DNA of 64,000 nucleotides from Antedon mediterranea (GCF_964355755.1 NC_092678.1:5596422-5660421); one strand, 5' to 3'. Positions 1-13,100 are shown, counted from the first letter of the stretch. The notes: generated from the letters alone by a model not told the origin. A program made the numbers and translations.

Positions 1-2253
1 CATTCTGGGGACGTTTGGACTACATTTTGTTTGGTAATGAGCTATCATTATTATTAGCCAATTAATTGATTATTTTTACCACTGTACAACTCCTCATTTG
101 GGACACCCTATCAAGGCTATACACTTTCCTGTGGTAGGAATAATGAACAAAATATGTTTTAATTCTATGACCAACCTCTTCAATGTACTCTACTGCATTA
201 ATTTCATTTTTTAAACTTTCAGATACTCCACCCGGTACCAGTGATGAACACCTGACAGTTGTGAGCGCTTTGAAAAATGCTAAACCGGATGGTGCTGTCA
301 TAGTAACCACACCGCAAGAAGTTGCCTTGACAACTATTAGAAAGGAAGTCAATTTCTGTCGTAAGATGGGTATCAAGATTATTGGCATTATTGAGAATAT
401 GAGCGGTTATGTTTGTCCGTGTTGCCAGGTAATGATGTGCCCATATATGGACATGATATCACTATCACATCATATCACTACCATATTTAAGCATATGACT
501 ACTAGATAGATTGTTTGATAGTGTAGACAGAGAATTAGAGTATTTCTATATAGTTATAGAGCTGATTATACAACTAGAGACTTACCTAGGCAATAGCAAA
601 TTTATGTAAAAGACTTCAGAGACACTTCAAAATGCACCGTATCGTATCTACCTTTATGCGCTGTCATTACGATTGTAATTGTTGAATTGTTTTTACAATT
701 TTATCATTGACTGGGAAACAGGCTTTAGGGGTCTTTCTCAATCAAATCGAACATGAATGTTTAGTTTTCATGATGCTCCATGCGAAACATTGATTTGATT
801 TCCTGTTAAGACCCTTTAGAGCGCTTTCAATTTGCGATGCGATTTGCAATTCATTGTGCACATGTGGGGAAGTTGTGATGTGCTTCCTCGCTCTCCACCT
901 CAAACACATTTTGGATGGTTTCTAGGTCCAAAAGACAACCGACAACGCATCGATAACATGGCTTAGCTTGTTCCTAGTTCATTCAAATTTGGATAGATCA
1001 TACTACAGATTTTTAATTTCTTCAAGGCCACTTGAGTGGTATTAGTAGAACTACTCTCCCAATAAAAATCTCAGAAAACCAGGAACCAGACTTTTCAAAA
1101 GTTGCAAACCAAATACTGTTTCTTAAATTGACAGGAGGTGTCTAATTTATTCCAATACGGAGGCGCTGAAAAATTAGCTGACGAGTTAAGTTTGAAGTTT
1201 CTTGGCAGAATTCCAGTTGATTCGGTAAGTATGATTAAATATGTTAATTGCATGATTTATATACATGGTAATTAATTTTGTGAATTTATGTGGCACACAA
1301 AAATATACAAAAACTATATTTTGTTAACGGCATTGTAAAAAAAAAAAAAAATTCCCAATTCGTTTTTTCACGCTGCTGCTCTAGCCCGCTACGTTACACG
1401 AGATGACTCATTCATTAGATGAAATCAAGCAGCTTTATAGTACTACACTTTGACATTTTTGTTAAAACGCCACTATAATTTATTGGTACCACCTGTTGAA
1501 TCCAAAAATGGCTGAGAAAAGAGTCTAACGACAAATCCCAAAGCATTCTGGTATTTATGAGTCCCATGATATAATTCGCTGTCAGATAATCATTGAATTA
1601 TTATCAAAACAGTCAATTGAAGTTTTTGTTTGTAATAGGATACTTGAAGTATCTAGGCGTGATGAAGTGACCCCCAGACTTGACCTTAGCAATAACAATA
1701 AGCGAGCAGCGTTTTTTGTAAGAAATATTCTTGTTTAATGAGATTTAAATAGATTCCTTATCACCATTGTTTATTGACACACCAAAACTTATAATGCTTA
1801 TCTAAAATTAAGCAACTTGGAAAAGTGATACTGGGAGAATTTATGAAAACATAGCCAAACAAAAGGTGTACCAAACAATAAATGGAGAGTGTCTTTGACA
1901 TCTGCATGTATAGTAATCAAAGGATACAGTTTTTTCCAGACATGCCAAATGATAAATTTATACATATTATATCGAGATGTTTTTTTTCCTTATCAAAAAC
2001 AATTGGGAGGAATTTTTTTTTCCATGAAGATGACACAAAATATCTGGAATTTTTCTTGAAATAATGGGAGACTTCCAGTAAATACACAGAATGTCATCTT
2101 TTTAACCTTGCTAATATTTTCAAATTAATTTTATAGAATTTAACATTGTGTGCAGAAAAAGGAAGTAACATTTTCACAGAGCACCCAGAATCCCCTGCTT
2201 CAGTCGCCTTATGTAAAATAGCCACAGAAATTCAAAGTACAGCAGTCAGGTAA
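1..2253 (+). CDS. Cytosolic Fe-S cluster assembly factor, NUBP1/NUBP2 (Nbp35/Cfd1) family, 3' part; exons <1-33, 223-428, 1135-1224, 2137-2253
   Basis: Spliced translation [10 protein letters not shown]|[14 protein letters not shown]...VTTPQEVA...[13 protein letters not shown]|[30 protein letters not shown]|[21 protein letters not shown]...*. These are Mrp/NBP35 family motifs, with GT-AG introns in consistent phase. Which paralog this is cannot be settled without the N-terminus. Confidence 0.9.
431..532. mobile_element. Partial copy of a ~160-bp palindromic MITE family
   Basis: tgatgtgcccatatatggacatgat...tttgatagtgtagacagag matches the copies at 2454, 14154 and 21225. Confidence 0.6.
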
Positions 2254-2453
2254 CATCATCTACATCCACTACTCTATCTATCCAGTGTGCTCAAACTTGG
2301 TGCCTAACGCAGATATGGTGATAACATGAAGGAGCTGAATGTGCAGCATATTTTAATCTGTATTATTCAAAATTGCAATACATTATCAATGGGAAAAAAT
2401 GGTATGGCAAAGCACAGCCATAAAAGACTCCCCATTTCTATTTTGTTGGCCTA

Positions 2454-2601
2454 AAGCACAGTCTACATTATCAAAATGTGATGTGCCCATATATGGACGT
2501 GATGGTGTTATATCACTATCATATTTGGGCATATCACTACCGTATTTGGACACATCACACTTTTTTTTATTAATCTAGTTTTATCAGTCTAGACAGAGCT
2601 T
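2454..2601. mobile_element. ~150-bp palindromic MITE
   Basis: Termini aagcacagtctacattatcaaa / ttttatcagtctagacagagctt; internal gatgtgcccatatatggac shared with the other copies. Confidence 0.65.
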
Positions 2602-2966
2602 AACTGCTATGAACAGTGGATTTAAACAATTGGATCTGTTCCTTTACAACTGTAACTTTCTTATCTTCCAACATTAGCAAATGTTTCCTCTTTTGTCTTG
2701 CTATCTTCCTTGGGAACATCAAGCCTTGTGCATTCCTCTCCGAGTTGTCTTGTGTGCATCAGATGCTGATAATATCACCCTTAAAAGGTCATAAGCATGC
2801 AAGAATTTGTTCTGATCTCTTTATTCTCAGGAAATTCTTGATTTTTATAACATGTTTGGTTTATTCATTACTTTTCTGCGATGTTATTCAGTATACTTTA
2901 TGTAGTCTAATTTCCCCCAAGTCTGATTTATACATTCACATTCTTTTCTGAATCTTTAGCACCATG

Positions 2967-3034
2967 CAAGTGTGTCCTTTGATCCTCTCTTCTTAATCCT
3001 CAAGTGTGTCCTTTGATCCTCTCTTCTTAATCCT
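2967..3034. repeat. 34-bp tandem duplication
   Basis: caagtgtgtcctttgatcctctcttcttaatcct twice. Confidence 0.9.
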
Positions 3035-3405
3035 CAAATCAATCAAGTTCTGGTATTTGCATTTGATACAAACTCCCAATAGTCTGATGACAAATATATA
3101 TTGATAACCGAAAGGTTGTTGCATAATTTGTGCAAGCATTGATGATAATTGTATTTGGCTTTCTTGAAACATTACACATCATAATTTGCATTGCTTTCAT
3201 TGTGTTGTTTCATTATCTCAGCATTTACACTTTCCTGTTTTGTTGCACTTTTTCTTGCCGAACTCTTTCTTTTTTCACCTTTTTTTGCTGAACTTATTCT
3301 TGTTGCACTTTTTCTTGCTGAACTCTTTCTTGCTGCATTGATTCCCTTTCTACAAACTGCTGATTCGACCAATCCATTGCTTCCGAGATAGAGTAATATT
3401 TGTAT

Positions 3406-5200
3406 TAGTATTTACCTTAAACTGGTTTTGAACAGAATCGGTGGATGTCCATTGAGACCATTCCTGGTTGCAATGTCATTGTGAACAGTACCTTGGTTTT
3501 GCATCTCATTCAGTGCTGTTATAATTTCCACTTTCCTGTCTTACTGCACTCTTTCTTGCTCTTTATTGCCACATTGTTTCCCTTCCCCATCAAACTGCTG
3601 ATTCGGCCAATCCATTGCTTCTGAGATAGAGTTGGTAATATTAGTAATAGCTGTTTATTTAATTTTAATATATACTGTAGTTGTACCACTCTTCCGTTCT
3701 TTCTTGTATTCTTTCTAAAGCAAGTTCAGCCTGCCATACAAACTGTTGATCTAAACGGTATTAGTTCTTCATGTAAAGTAAATAGCAGCTTCTGATCATA
3801 ATGTTTTTTTTGTCCGGTTAGATCACCTGTTAAATTAGCTTTGACGTTGAGTACTAGTAACACATTTACATTCCTGGTTGCAATGTCATTGTAAACTAGA
3901 GCTGGTTTGTGCATTTCTGGGACCATGTTTTGACATTCAAAATTTCTACAATATCTTTATATGAAAGAAAAAATTAATTTAGTATTTACCTTAAACTGGT
4001 TTTGAACAGAATCGGTGGATGTCCATTGAGACCATTCCTGGTTGCAATGTCATTGTGAACTAAAGCTGGTTTGTGCATTTCTGGGACCACGTTTTGACAT
4101 TTAAAATTTCCACAATATCTTTTTATGAAAGAAAAAATAAATTTAGTATTTACCTTAAACTGGTTTTGAACAGAATCGGTGGATGTCCATTGAGACCATT
4201 CCTGGTTGCAATGTCATTGTAAACTAGAGCTGGTTTGTGCTTTTCTGGGACCACTTTTTGACATTCAAAATTTCTACAATATCTTTATATGAAAGAAAAA
4301 ATAAATTTAGTATTTACCTTAAACTGGTTTTGAACAGAATCGGTGGATGTCCATTGAGACCATTCCTGGTTGCAATGTCATTGTGAACTAAAGCTGGTTT
4401 GTGCATTTCTGGGACCACGTTTTGACATTTAAAATTTCTACAATATCTTTATATGAAAGAAAAAATATATTTAGTATTTACCTTAAACTGGTTTTGAACA
4501 GAATCGGTGGATGTCCATTGAGACCATTCCTGGTTGCAATGTCATTGTGAACGATACCTTGTTTTTTCATCTCATTCAGTGCTGTTATAATTTCTGGTGT
4601 CGTTGGGACCATGTTTTGACATTCAATATTAAACTTCACTTGACGTGGTTCCACAATATCTATATATGAAAAAGAAAAAAAATTTAAGGTTTACCTAATT
4701 TATCTTAAACTGGTTTTGAACAGAATCGGTGGATGTCCATTAGAACGTTTCACGTTTTGACATTCAATATTAAACTTCACTTTACGTGGTTCCACAATAT
4801 CTTTGTATGAAAAAGAAAATGAATTTAATATCTACCTTAAACTGGTTTTGAACAGAATCGGTGGATGTGCGTTTTCGACATTTCTGTTTACAATGTCATT
4901 GAGAACTTGACGTTGCTTTTGCATCTCATTCAGTGCTGTTACAATCTCTGGTATCATTGCCACCATGTTGTGACATTTGATATTGAACATGAATTGATGT
5001 GGTTCCACAATATCTTTATATGAAAGAGAAAATGAATTTAATATTTATCTTAAACTGGTTTTGAACAGAATCGGTGGATGTCCATTAGAACGTTTCACGT
5101 TTTGACATTCAACATTAAACCTCACTTTACGTGGTTCCACAATATCTTTATATGAAAAAGAAAGTATATTTAATGTTTACCTTACTTATCTTAAACTGGT
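3406..5200 (-). repeat. Complex tandem repeat with 164-bp core units (3981-4550) plus longer diverged variants; possibly a decayed coding exon
   Basis: agtatttaccttaaactgg recurs at 3981, 4145, 4309 and 4473 (period 164). Variants lie at 3406-3530 and 4560-5200. The minus strand of one variant translates to EIITALNEMKKQGIVHNDIATRN. Confidence 0.85.
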
Positions 5201-5202
5201 GG

Positions 5203-6850
5203 TATACTATATTTTCTTCCTCCAATATTTTGGTGCACTATTTCTTCATTAGTAATATATACTATATTTTCTTCCTCCAATATTTTGGTGCACTATTTCT
5301 TCATTAGTAATATATACTATATTTTCTTCGTTCAATATTTTGGTGCACTATTTCTTCATTAGTAATATATACTATATTTTCTTCCTTCAATATTTTGGTG
5401 CACTATTTCTTCATTAGTAATGTATACTATATTTTCTTCCTCCAATATTTCGGTGCACTATTTCTTCATTAGTAATATATACTATATTTTCTTCCTTCAA
5501 TATTTTGGTGCACTATTTCTTCATTAGTAATGTATACTATATTTTCTTCCTCCAATATTTTGGTGCACTATTTCTTCATTAGTAATGTATACTATATTTT
5601 CTTCCTTCAATATTTTGGTGCACTATTTCTTCATTAGTAATATATACTATATTTTCTTCCTTCAATATTTTGGTGCACTATTTCTTCATTAGTAATATAT
5701 ACTATATTTTCTTCCTTCAATATTTTGGTGCACTATTTCTTCATTAGTAATGTATACTATATTTTCTTCCTCCAATATTTTGGTGTACTATTTCTTCATT
5801 AGTAATATATACTATATTTTATTCCTCCAATATTTTGATTCACTATTTCCTCATAGTAATGTATACTATATTTTCTTCCTCCAATATTTTGATTCACTAT
5901 TTCTTCATTAGTAATATATACTATATTTTCTTCCTCCAATATTTTGGAGCACTATTTCTTCATTAGTAATGTATACTATATTTTCTTCCTCCAATATTTT
6001 GGAGCACTATTTCTTCATTAGTAATATATACTATATTTTCTTCCTTCAATATTTTGGTGCACTATTTCTTCATTAGTAATATATACTATATTTTCTTCCT
6101 CCAATATTTTGGTGCACTATTTCTTCATTAGTAATATATACTATATTTTCTTCCTTCAATATTTTGGTGCACTATTTCTTCATTAGTAATATATACTATA
6201 TTTTCTTCCTCCAATATTTTGGTGCACTATTTCTTCATTAGTAATATATACTATATTTTCTTCCTTCAATATTTTGGTGCACTATTTCTTCATTAGTAAT
6301 ATATACTATATTTTCTTCCTCCAATATTTTGGAGCACTATTTCTTCATTAGTAATGTATACTATATTTTCTTCCTCCAATATTTTGGAGCACTATTTCTT
6401 CATTAGTAATATATACTATATTTTCTTCCTTCAATATTTTGGTGCACTATTTCTTCATTAGTAATATATACTATATTTTCTTCCTCCAATATTTTGGTGC
6501 ACTATTTCTTCATTAGTAATATATACAATATTTTCTTCCTTCAATATTTTGGTGCACTATTTCTTCATTAGTAATATATACTATATTTTCTTCCTCCAAT
6601 ATTTTGGTGCACTATTTCTTCATTAGTAATATATACTATATTTTCTTCCTTCAATATTTTGGTGCACTATTTCTTCATTAGTAATATATACTATATTTTC
6701 TTCCTCCAATATTTTGGAGCACTATTTCTTCATTAGTAATGTATACTATATTTTCTTCCTCCAATATTTTGGTTCACTATTTCTTCATTAGTAATATATA
6801 CTATATTTTCTTCCTCCAATATTTTGGTGCACTATTTCTTCTTCAAAATG
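5203..6850. repeat. 55-bp tandem satellite, about 30 copies
   Basis: Unit tccaatattttggtgcactatttcttcattagtaatatatactatattttcttcc; highly homogeneous, degrading toward 6850-7160. Confidence 0.95.
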
Positions 6851-7784
6851 TGTGTGCACTATTTCTTCTTTATAGTGTACTATATTTTCTTCCTGCAGCA
6901 TTTTGATACACTATTTCTTCTTTGGTGTACTATATTTTTCATATGTGTACACCGTGCTCTTTCGAGAGAATGCACAAGCCATTGTTGTTATGCTGTTAAG
7001 GGTGTTAAGGGGTCACACCATCTTGTCTTCCACCCAAAATAGAAATACACCGTATTGATGTACTATATTTTCTACTTCCCAACATTTTTCAGTGCAGTGC
7101 TATATTTTTATTTTTTCCATTTTGGTTCTTTATTCCTTCATTAGTTGACTATAATTTCTTTCTCCAACAAAGGAGAACATGCGTATAAGAGGTAAACGTT
7201 TTGGTTCTTAAACAAGACCAAAAATGTCAACCCCAAAATATCAAAATAATGTTGCATTGACAGAACATAAAAAAAGTGGAAAAAGAAATAACTTCTATTT
7301 TAGTTTTTATTATTACAACCAGCAAAAGTATAAAGCTCCCCTCTGCCAAATACACCATAGATTAAAATGGAAGAACACATTATATAATACACATTAAAAC
7401 TGTAGCCTGTCTTCTCACATTTGTTCAGATTACACGTACAATAAAAGAAGTTTTATTAACAAATAAAAATGTTAGTAGGCACATTAACAATTGAAAGACT
7501 TGGTCCCATAAAGTTTTCTACTGTTTTGGTGAATTTTAAATATTTAATTTATTTTCCATTCACGAATTTGTGGCACTTTTAATATATTATATTATAAAGT
7601 TTGTATAGAGACCTCTAGTCAATATAAGTGTCCTTTAATAATGAAAAGTTTCATAAATATCTGGGTGTCATATCTATATTATATTTAACAAAATATTTCT
7701 ATATAACATAATTTCTTTTGTTCATGATGGCCAATGTTATTGGTAGCAGAAGCTGAATCAATTTGGTTATACTGTAATTGTAAT

Positions 7785-8272
7785 AGGGAGGTTTCGCAAC
7801 CTTACGAATACAATAACGGATACGTCACACATTTGTGAAACTTTTGAGCTGATCCCCATTTCATATTCGTTAAGCGTTTTCGTGTTAACGAATATCTCCA
7901 GCCATATTCGTAACTACAAAACGAGTATAGTTTTTGATCCATTTTGCACATTTTGCATTTGAATCAGGAATGATTCATGATTATAATATAATTATACTTT
8001 TATTGAAAGTAATTTACTAAAGTAATTTACTAAAATTCCAGGTCAATTTTGATAAATAGCAGTTTTTAAAGTCCTCACTCGCTTTGATGTTTCGCTAGGC
8101 CTAGGCAGCCAAGCAACACGTACCTGCGCTTCGCTCAAATTTACCGCAGTCATATTTTGGACGGTTCCCTCAATATTTTGTTACCATGCTTTTACTGGCT
8201 TACGAAAAACGAATACGTGTGCGTGACGTATCCGTTTTCGTTATCATATTTGTAAGATTGCGAAAACTCCCT
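7785..8272. mobile_element. Non-autonomous TIR element (MITE A), uninterrupted copy
   Basis: Imperfect TIRs agggaggtttcgcaaccttacgaata / tatttgtaagattgcgaaaactccct; flanked by AAT/AAT (or TA); second copy at 16714-18999. Confidence 0.85.
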
Positions 8273-8391
8273 AATATCATGAAGAAATAGGAATTGTACT
8301 ATATTTAATATACAACATGTTGATGAATGTACAAGTAGAATATTTAAAAGAGTAAAATCATGGGAACATATTAATATTAATCTACTGGAGT

Positions 8392-8693
8392 GGAGCTGTG
8401 GCTTGGTGGTTATGATGCTTGGCTACCAATCTAAGGGTCCTGGGTTCAAGTCCTGTCATATGTCAGGGTTTTTTTCTCATGACAATTTACAACTCCACTC
8501 CCAAAGACTTAATAATAAGTCTTTGTCTATGTAGAGCATCTTGTGTATATGTTTGTCTTATATGTTCTAGTGCAGTATATGGAGAGCCATCTCGATAGTG
8601 CTTTGCACTCATGGCAATCCTCAGGGTGCTGCACCGCTGTGTTGTCATGTATGTTTGCCTGAAAATTAAATAAAATAAAAAAATAAAAAATAA
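8392..8693 (+). mobile_element. tRNA-derived SINE
   Basis: A box TGGCTTGGTGG, B box GGTTCAAGTCC, A-rich tail; related copy at 16213. Confidence 0.8.
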
Positions 8694-8928
8694 AGCCTGG
8701 TTTCCATAAAATCGCTACACGCGCAGATGTCACCGACGCAATTGGGAAGGCTCCCCGATTCATCGCAGTCAAATCGGCAAAGTTCAACCATGTTAAACTT
8801 TGTCGGTGATGAATCGTATACGTGTACCAAAGAATATTTAGCGCTCGCGTACTAGATCCCCGATAAATTATAGCGTTTCCATAGAATCGCTACACTCTTT
8901 CGTGTAGCAATTTTATGGAAACCAGGCT
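8694..8928. mobile_element. PIF/Harbinger-type MITE
   Basis: TIR agcctggtttccataaaatcgctacacg / cgtgtagcaattttatggaaaccaggct; TAA on both flanks; sits at the end of the SINE A-tail. Confidence 0.85.
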
Positions 8929-10175
8929 TAACTGCATTTTGTTGCTCTTGATCCAATCTGTTATGCATGGTAATTGATAATTGTCTAGCTTTATATGCTT
9001 ATATATTGCAATGACTGCTTTATAAACTTCTACATTATTGCAGTAAAAGATGTAGTTACTGCAGTAACTGCAATAAAATAAATTTGATATGATCCTACTT
9101 TGCACATTTCTAACATTTTGGATTTGTTCCAATAAACTTTTGATTTTGAAATTGTTTTGTTGTTATTGTTTATTGTTAAACTTTCACAAACTTTCTTCAA
9201 TCACAGACAGAATTTCTTAATTTACCTTCTATCCACATGGATACGCACAGTTTTAGAATTTTTACACATTTTTATGCTTTATATTTTAATACAATAAACA
9301 CTCATCTAAATACGTTATTTGAAATATATGTTATCACCTTTTTGTTAAATTATGTTTGATATCACTTGCACAACTATTTCTTGGACCTACAATGCACTTA
9401 TTCCCATACAGTAGATTATTAATATTATTATTTTTATAGTTATATTCACCTACTGTATGGAACACAATGCGACAATTTTTACATTTTCCCTGTAAAATCC
9501 AATATAAGAATTAATCCATAATATTTAGTTACAAAACCTTAAGTTGGCTAAAAAGCAGCAACAATTAAATACAAGACGCTATACTGTTTACCATGCTTAA
9601 AACAAGGGCTAATGTCTTGAGTTAATACAAATGTATTGGCAGTTATAAAAGTTAAAATTTGAATACCTTTATTTGCATAGGTTGCATAATATAATATGCA
9701 ACAGTGTCTAAATAATAGTACAATAATAAATATAATATCTACATGCAGAATCTCTCCTTTGGAAAACCCCTCTCCTTTGGTCCCGAAGGTTTCCATTTAA
9801 TAGTGGCTATTTTTGTAATCTGAAAGAGGCAACGTATAGTTATCAAAGTCGCAATATTGCGACATGACTGATTTGCATGTTTTCAAATGCAATATACCAC
9901 TCAATTTTCCAGAACTTAAAAAAGAAATTGGAATTGTTCCTATGTAAAAGGTCACTATTTCTATACTTCCTACCCTTTGCCATAACTTGTGTCGTGGCTA
10001 CTACTACTACAACCCCTATCGTCTAGCACGAATAATGCTTTGCTCATCAGACAATTAACATGCAAGTGATATAAGTACCTGATGTTTAAAGAAAAAATTA
10101 ACATGATTCTTCAATACGAACAAACTCCTATTCACACACAATGGCTTGCATCATGCACTCTGCACACAAGTATAA

Positions 10176-13100
10176 TCAAGTTGAAGAATCTCCACGCGAT
10201 TCCATCTGATCATTAGATTTTACACTAGTGATACCATGACTTGCTTGTGGGAAGCTGATAGGGTTACTTGGCGACAGGTTACTCTCTGGTGATTGGCTAG
10301 AACTGAGGGAAAGTCCGGACATGCCAAGGTGATCAGAGAACTGGTCTGAATAAGGTGAGAGACTGCTACTAGCTGATGACTGAACACTGCCATTTGGATC
10401 TTCACTTCTACTATGCTGAAATGCAAAACAATTCAGTGTAAATTAATACGAGTCATTCTTTACACGTTACAATCATTAACACGAAAAAATGATATTAACA
10501 TAATTGCACCCAAATTCCTTTTTTTCCCTTGATTTTATTCTGCTTTTGAAACTGTAGGTTTGACTGAAATTTTGCATTTAAAAGGCACCTATGATACCCT
10601 GAAAGAAAGCTGTGCTTTAAACTGACCTCAAACTATGACCTCAATGACCTTTATAGTTTTAAAATCTGTAAAAGTAATATTTGTAGATGTATCATTTATT
10701 TTAAGTGTGTTAGTGTCCAATAATATAATATACTGTAGATAAATATTTAATGTTAGATGTGTTTTTATATGCTATTAATACAGATAGTGGTAGTAGTCTA
10801 GTAGATGTGCATTTTGAATATCATGAAACACAGCCAGATAAGATATTGTATTAAGGAAGTGCTAGCGTATAGATATGTGTTTTATATGCTACTGATAGAG
10901 AAACAACTGCTTTTTGTAGTGTAGTGTTTGTAGTGTTAGTGCATTTTAAATATAGAAACTGCAAACAACCCAATAATATAATTATAAATACTAGTGCTAA
11001 TAATAGAGAAGTAAATTGTGGATACTAGATAGACCCTTCTATAAGTGTCAACTACGTAACTCTCACTACTGTATATAAGGGCCTACATGTATGTATAAAA
11101 TATTGATATCAAATTTCATATGAGAAGCAACAATGGCACCTTTTGGATAAAGCTGTTTGTGAAACAAGACACAGTATGGATGCCCTATACAGGTAAGTCT
11201 TTATTAAATCTCTCCTTCTATTTCACATAAGCTGTCAGAAAGTATCTTGTGGGTAGATATACAGTCAACCAGACATTTATTGAGGTACAAAAAGTTCCAA
11301 ATTTATTTTTACCATTAAAAACACATTCTGAATATACCGGACTTTCAGAAAACCTGTGCAGTGACGCGCTAAACTTTCAAATCGGCACGTATGAGGATAA
11401 CTTTTATTAACGTAGATCAATTGAAACATGATTGATCATTGGTAAATGGCATTACACAGGTTGTTGACCTCGTATATCCTGTTTACTAATCTTTCTAATG
11501 TCCCAGATTAATTATTCTAATTATCAACATTTCTGTGATTACCAGCACAGATTTATAAATAAATATGTTTACTAGAAAAGCTATTGGTTCCATTCTATAC
11601 CACTGTATGTTAGTCAACCAATATTGATGATTCAATAAACACTATACTATAATTAAATATGTATATAACTGTACATTATAACAGGCACATAATAAATTCT
11701 AAAACGCCTGGGGATATACTGACAATTGATTTAAAAATGATATATACAATTTTGTTTACTATTATGGTAATGAGAGCCAACCAGTACTTTTTTTCACTTC
11801 ATTTTTATTTTATTTCAACAGAGTAACTCCAACAGCAAGTCTTAATTTACCATGTGATACATTTTGTCCAATGAGAGCTGGAGTTAAATCCAAAACAGGG
11901 ATTGGCCAATATAGTAAGAAACTTTTTTTTTTCTAAACTAAAACTGAATTAATATCAAACTTGCTTAGAAAGAAAATAAAATGTCAAACTTGTTTGTGAG
12001 AAGGTAAAGGCACAATACTGATTTCTTTGTGCATGTCTCATCGCCCTCTATGGTCGTCCCATACTTACATCATGTGATTCGCTTGTTTTTCTTTCCAGCA
12101 TTAGATTGAATGCTACACCAGTGGCATCACTCAATGACTTGCAAATATTTTCAGATGATATATCGCTCTCAAAGACATAACATGTGTACTTGTGATGACC
12201 TCTGACCTTGGAAAACTTTGCTCGAGTGATGAATGCAAATAACCTGGAATTTGAAAGAAAAGTTATGAGTTTACTTTATTTTATACTTGCCTATAAACCC
12301 CTCAAAATACACAACAATTATGAGACTCTGGATTAAGCTGTGACAAACGGGTGTAAGTGTAAAGAGTATAACCAAACTCATTTCTATTTGTATTTGTGTG
12401 AACCCGAGTTCCCGGAAAATATAATGTAGGCCAGTGTATTCTCTGGCCACTGGAGTGTATCCAGGCTCAGTTTGAAAAATTTGTTTTACCTAAAATGTGA
12501 TCTGTAGTACATGCTAGTTACCTTTTGTTCTCTTGATGAGATGCCCAGAAAGAAATATCTCTGAGATCGAAGTCTGCTTTGATGGCGTGACTAGTCATAT
12601 CCAGTAGTCTATAAAGAAAAACAATGTGCCATCAATCATACTCTTCTATAATCAGATGAGATTTTGAACTGCTCATTGAGACACTAGGGAGCTTTCGTTT
12701 CGTTTCCATGTTATGCCATTTGACTACGTAGCTTTCGAGTAAAAGAAATCTCCATTTTAAAGTGGACCAATACAATTTCTTGAATCTTGAGTAAAAAGAT
12801 AATTCTACGAACGTTTGAAAAACATATGAACCTGTGCAAAATGAAATAATATTGACTTACCTTACTCTTTCAGAAGTTATTATCATATGCGACTCACTCA
12901 TGCGGAACACATTATGAATAGCTCGTGCTGCCATGATCTGCCTAATTGTTTCATTGATCAGTTCGACTCCTCGGTCACCTTTGACTTCTACTGAGCCGAG
13001 GAATCGTATTGTGTACATCTGACTAAATGCACTGCTGTAAGGAACTGTGTAAATACGAAATCATTTTTATATCTTGTGATCGTCTTCATGAGAATTGACA

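Noticed and set aside
3172-3391. Histone H1/protamine-like ORF (ARKSSARKSA)
   Set aside because: Short low-complexity frame without a clear start, inside a decayed duplicated region; not supportable as a separate gene
3981-6850. CRISPR-like array interpretation of the tandem repeats
   Set aside because: Units are head-to-tail with no unique spacers, there are no cas genes, and the context is eukaryotic
8392-8465. tRNA gene
   Set aside because: A and B boxes are present, but the acceptor stem is poor and it continues into a shared body and A-tail with a second copy, so it is a SINE head
11100-11198. Plus-strand exon with strong donor CAG|GTAAGT inside the last APPL intron
   Set aside because: No meaningful ORF or partner exon; such motifs arise by chance
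12428-12450. Iron-responsive element (CAGTGT loop) near an Fe-S gene
   Set aside because: Flanks do not form the 5-bp upper stem with C bulge; the site is intronic and antisense to APPL
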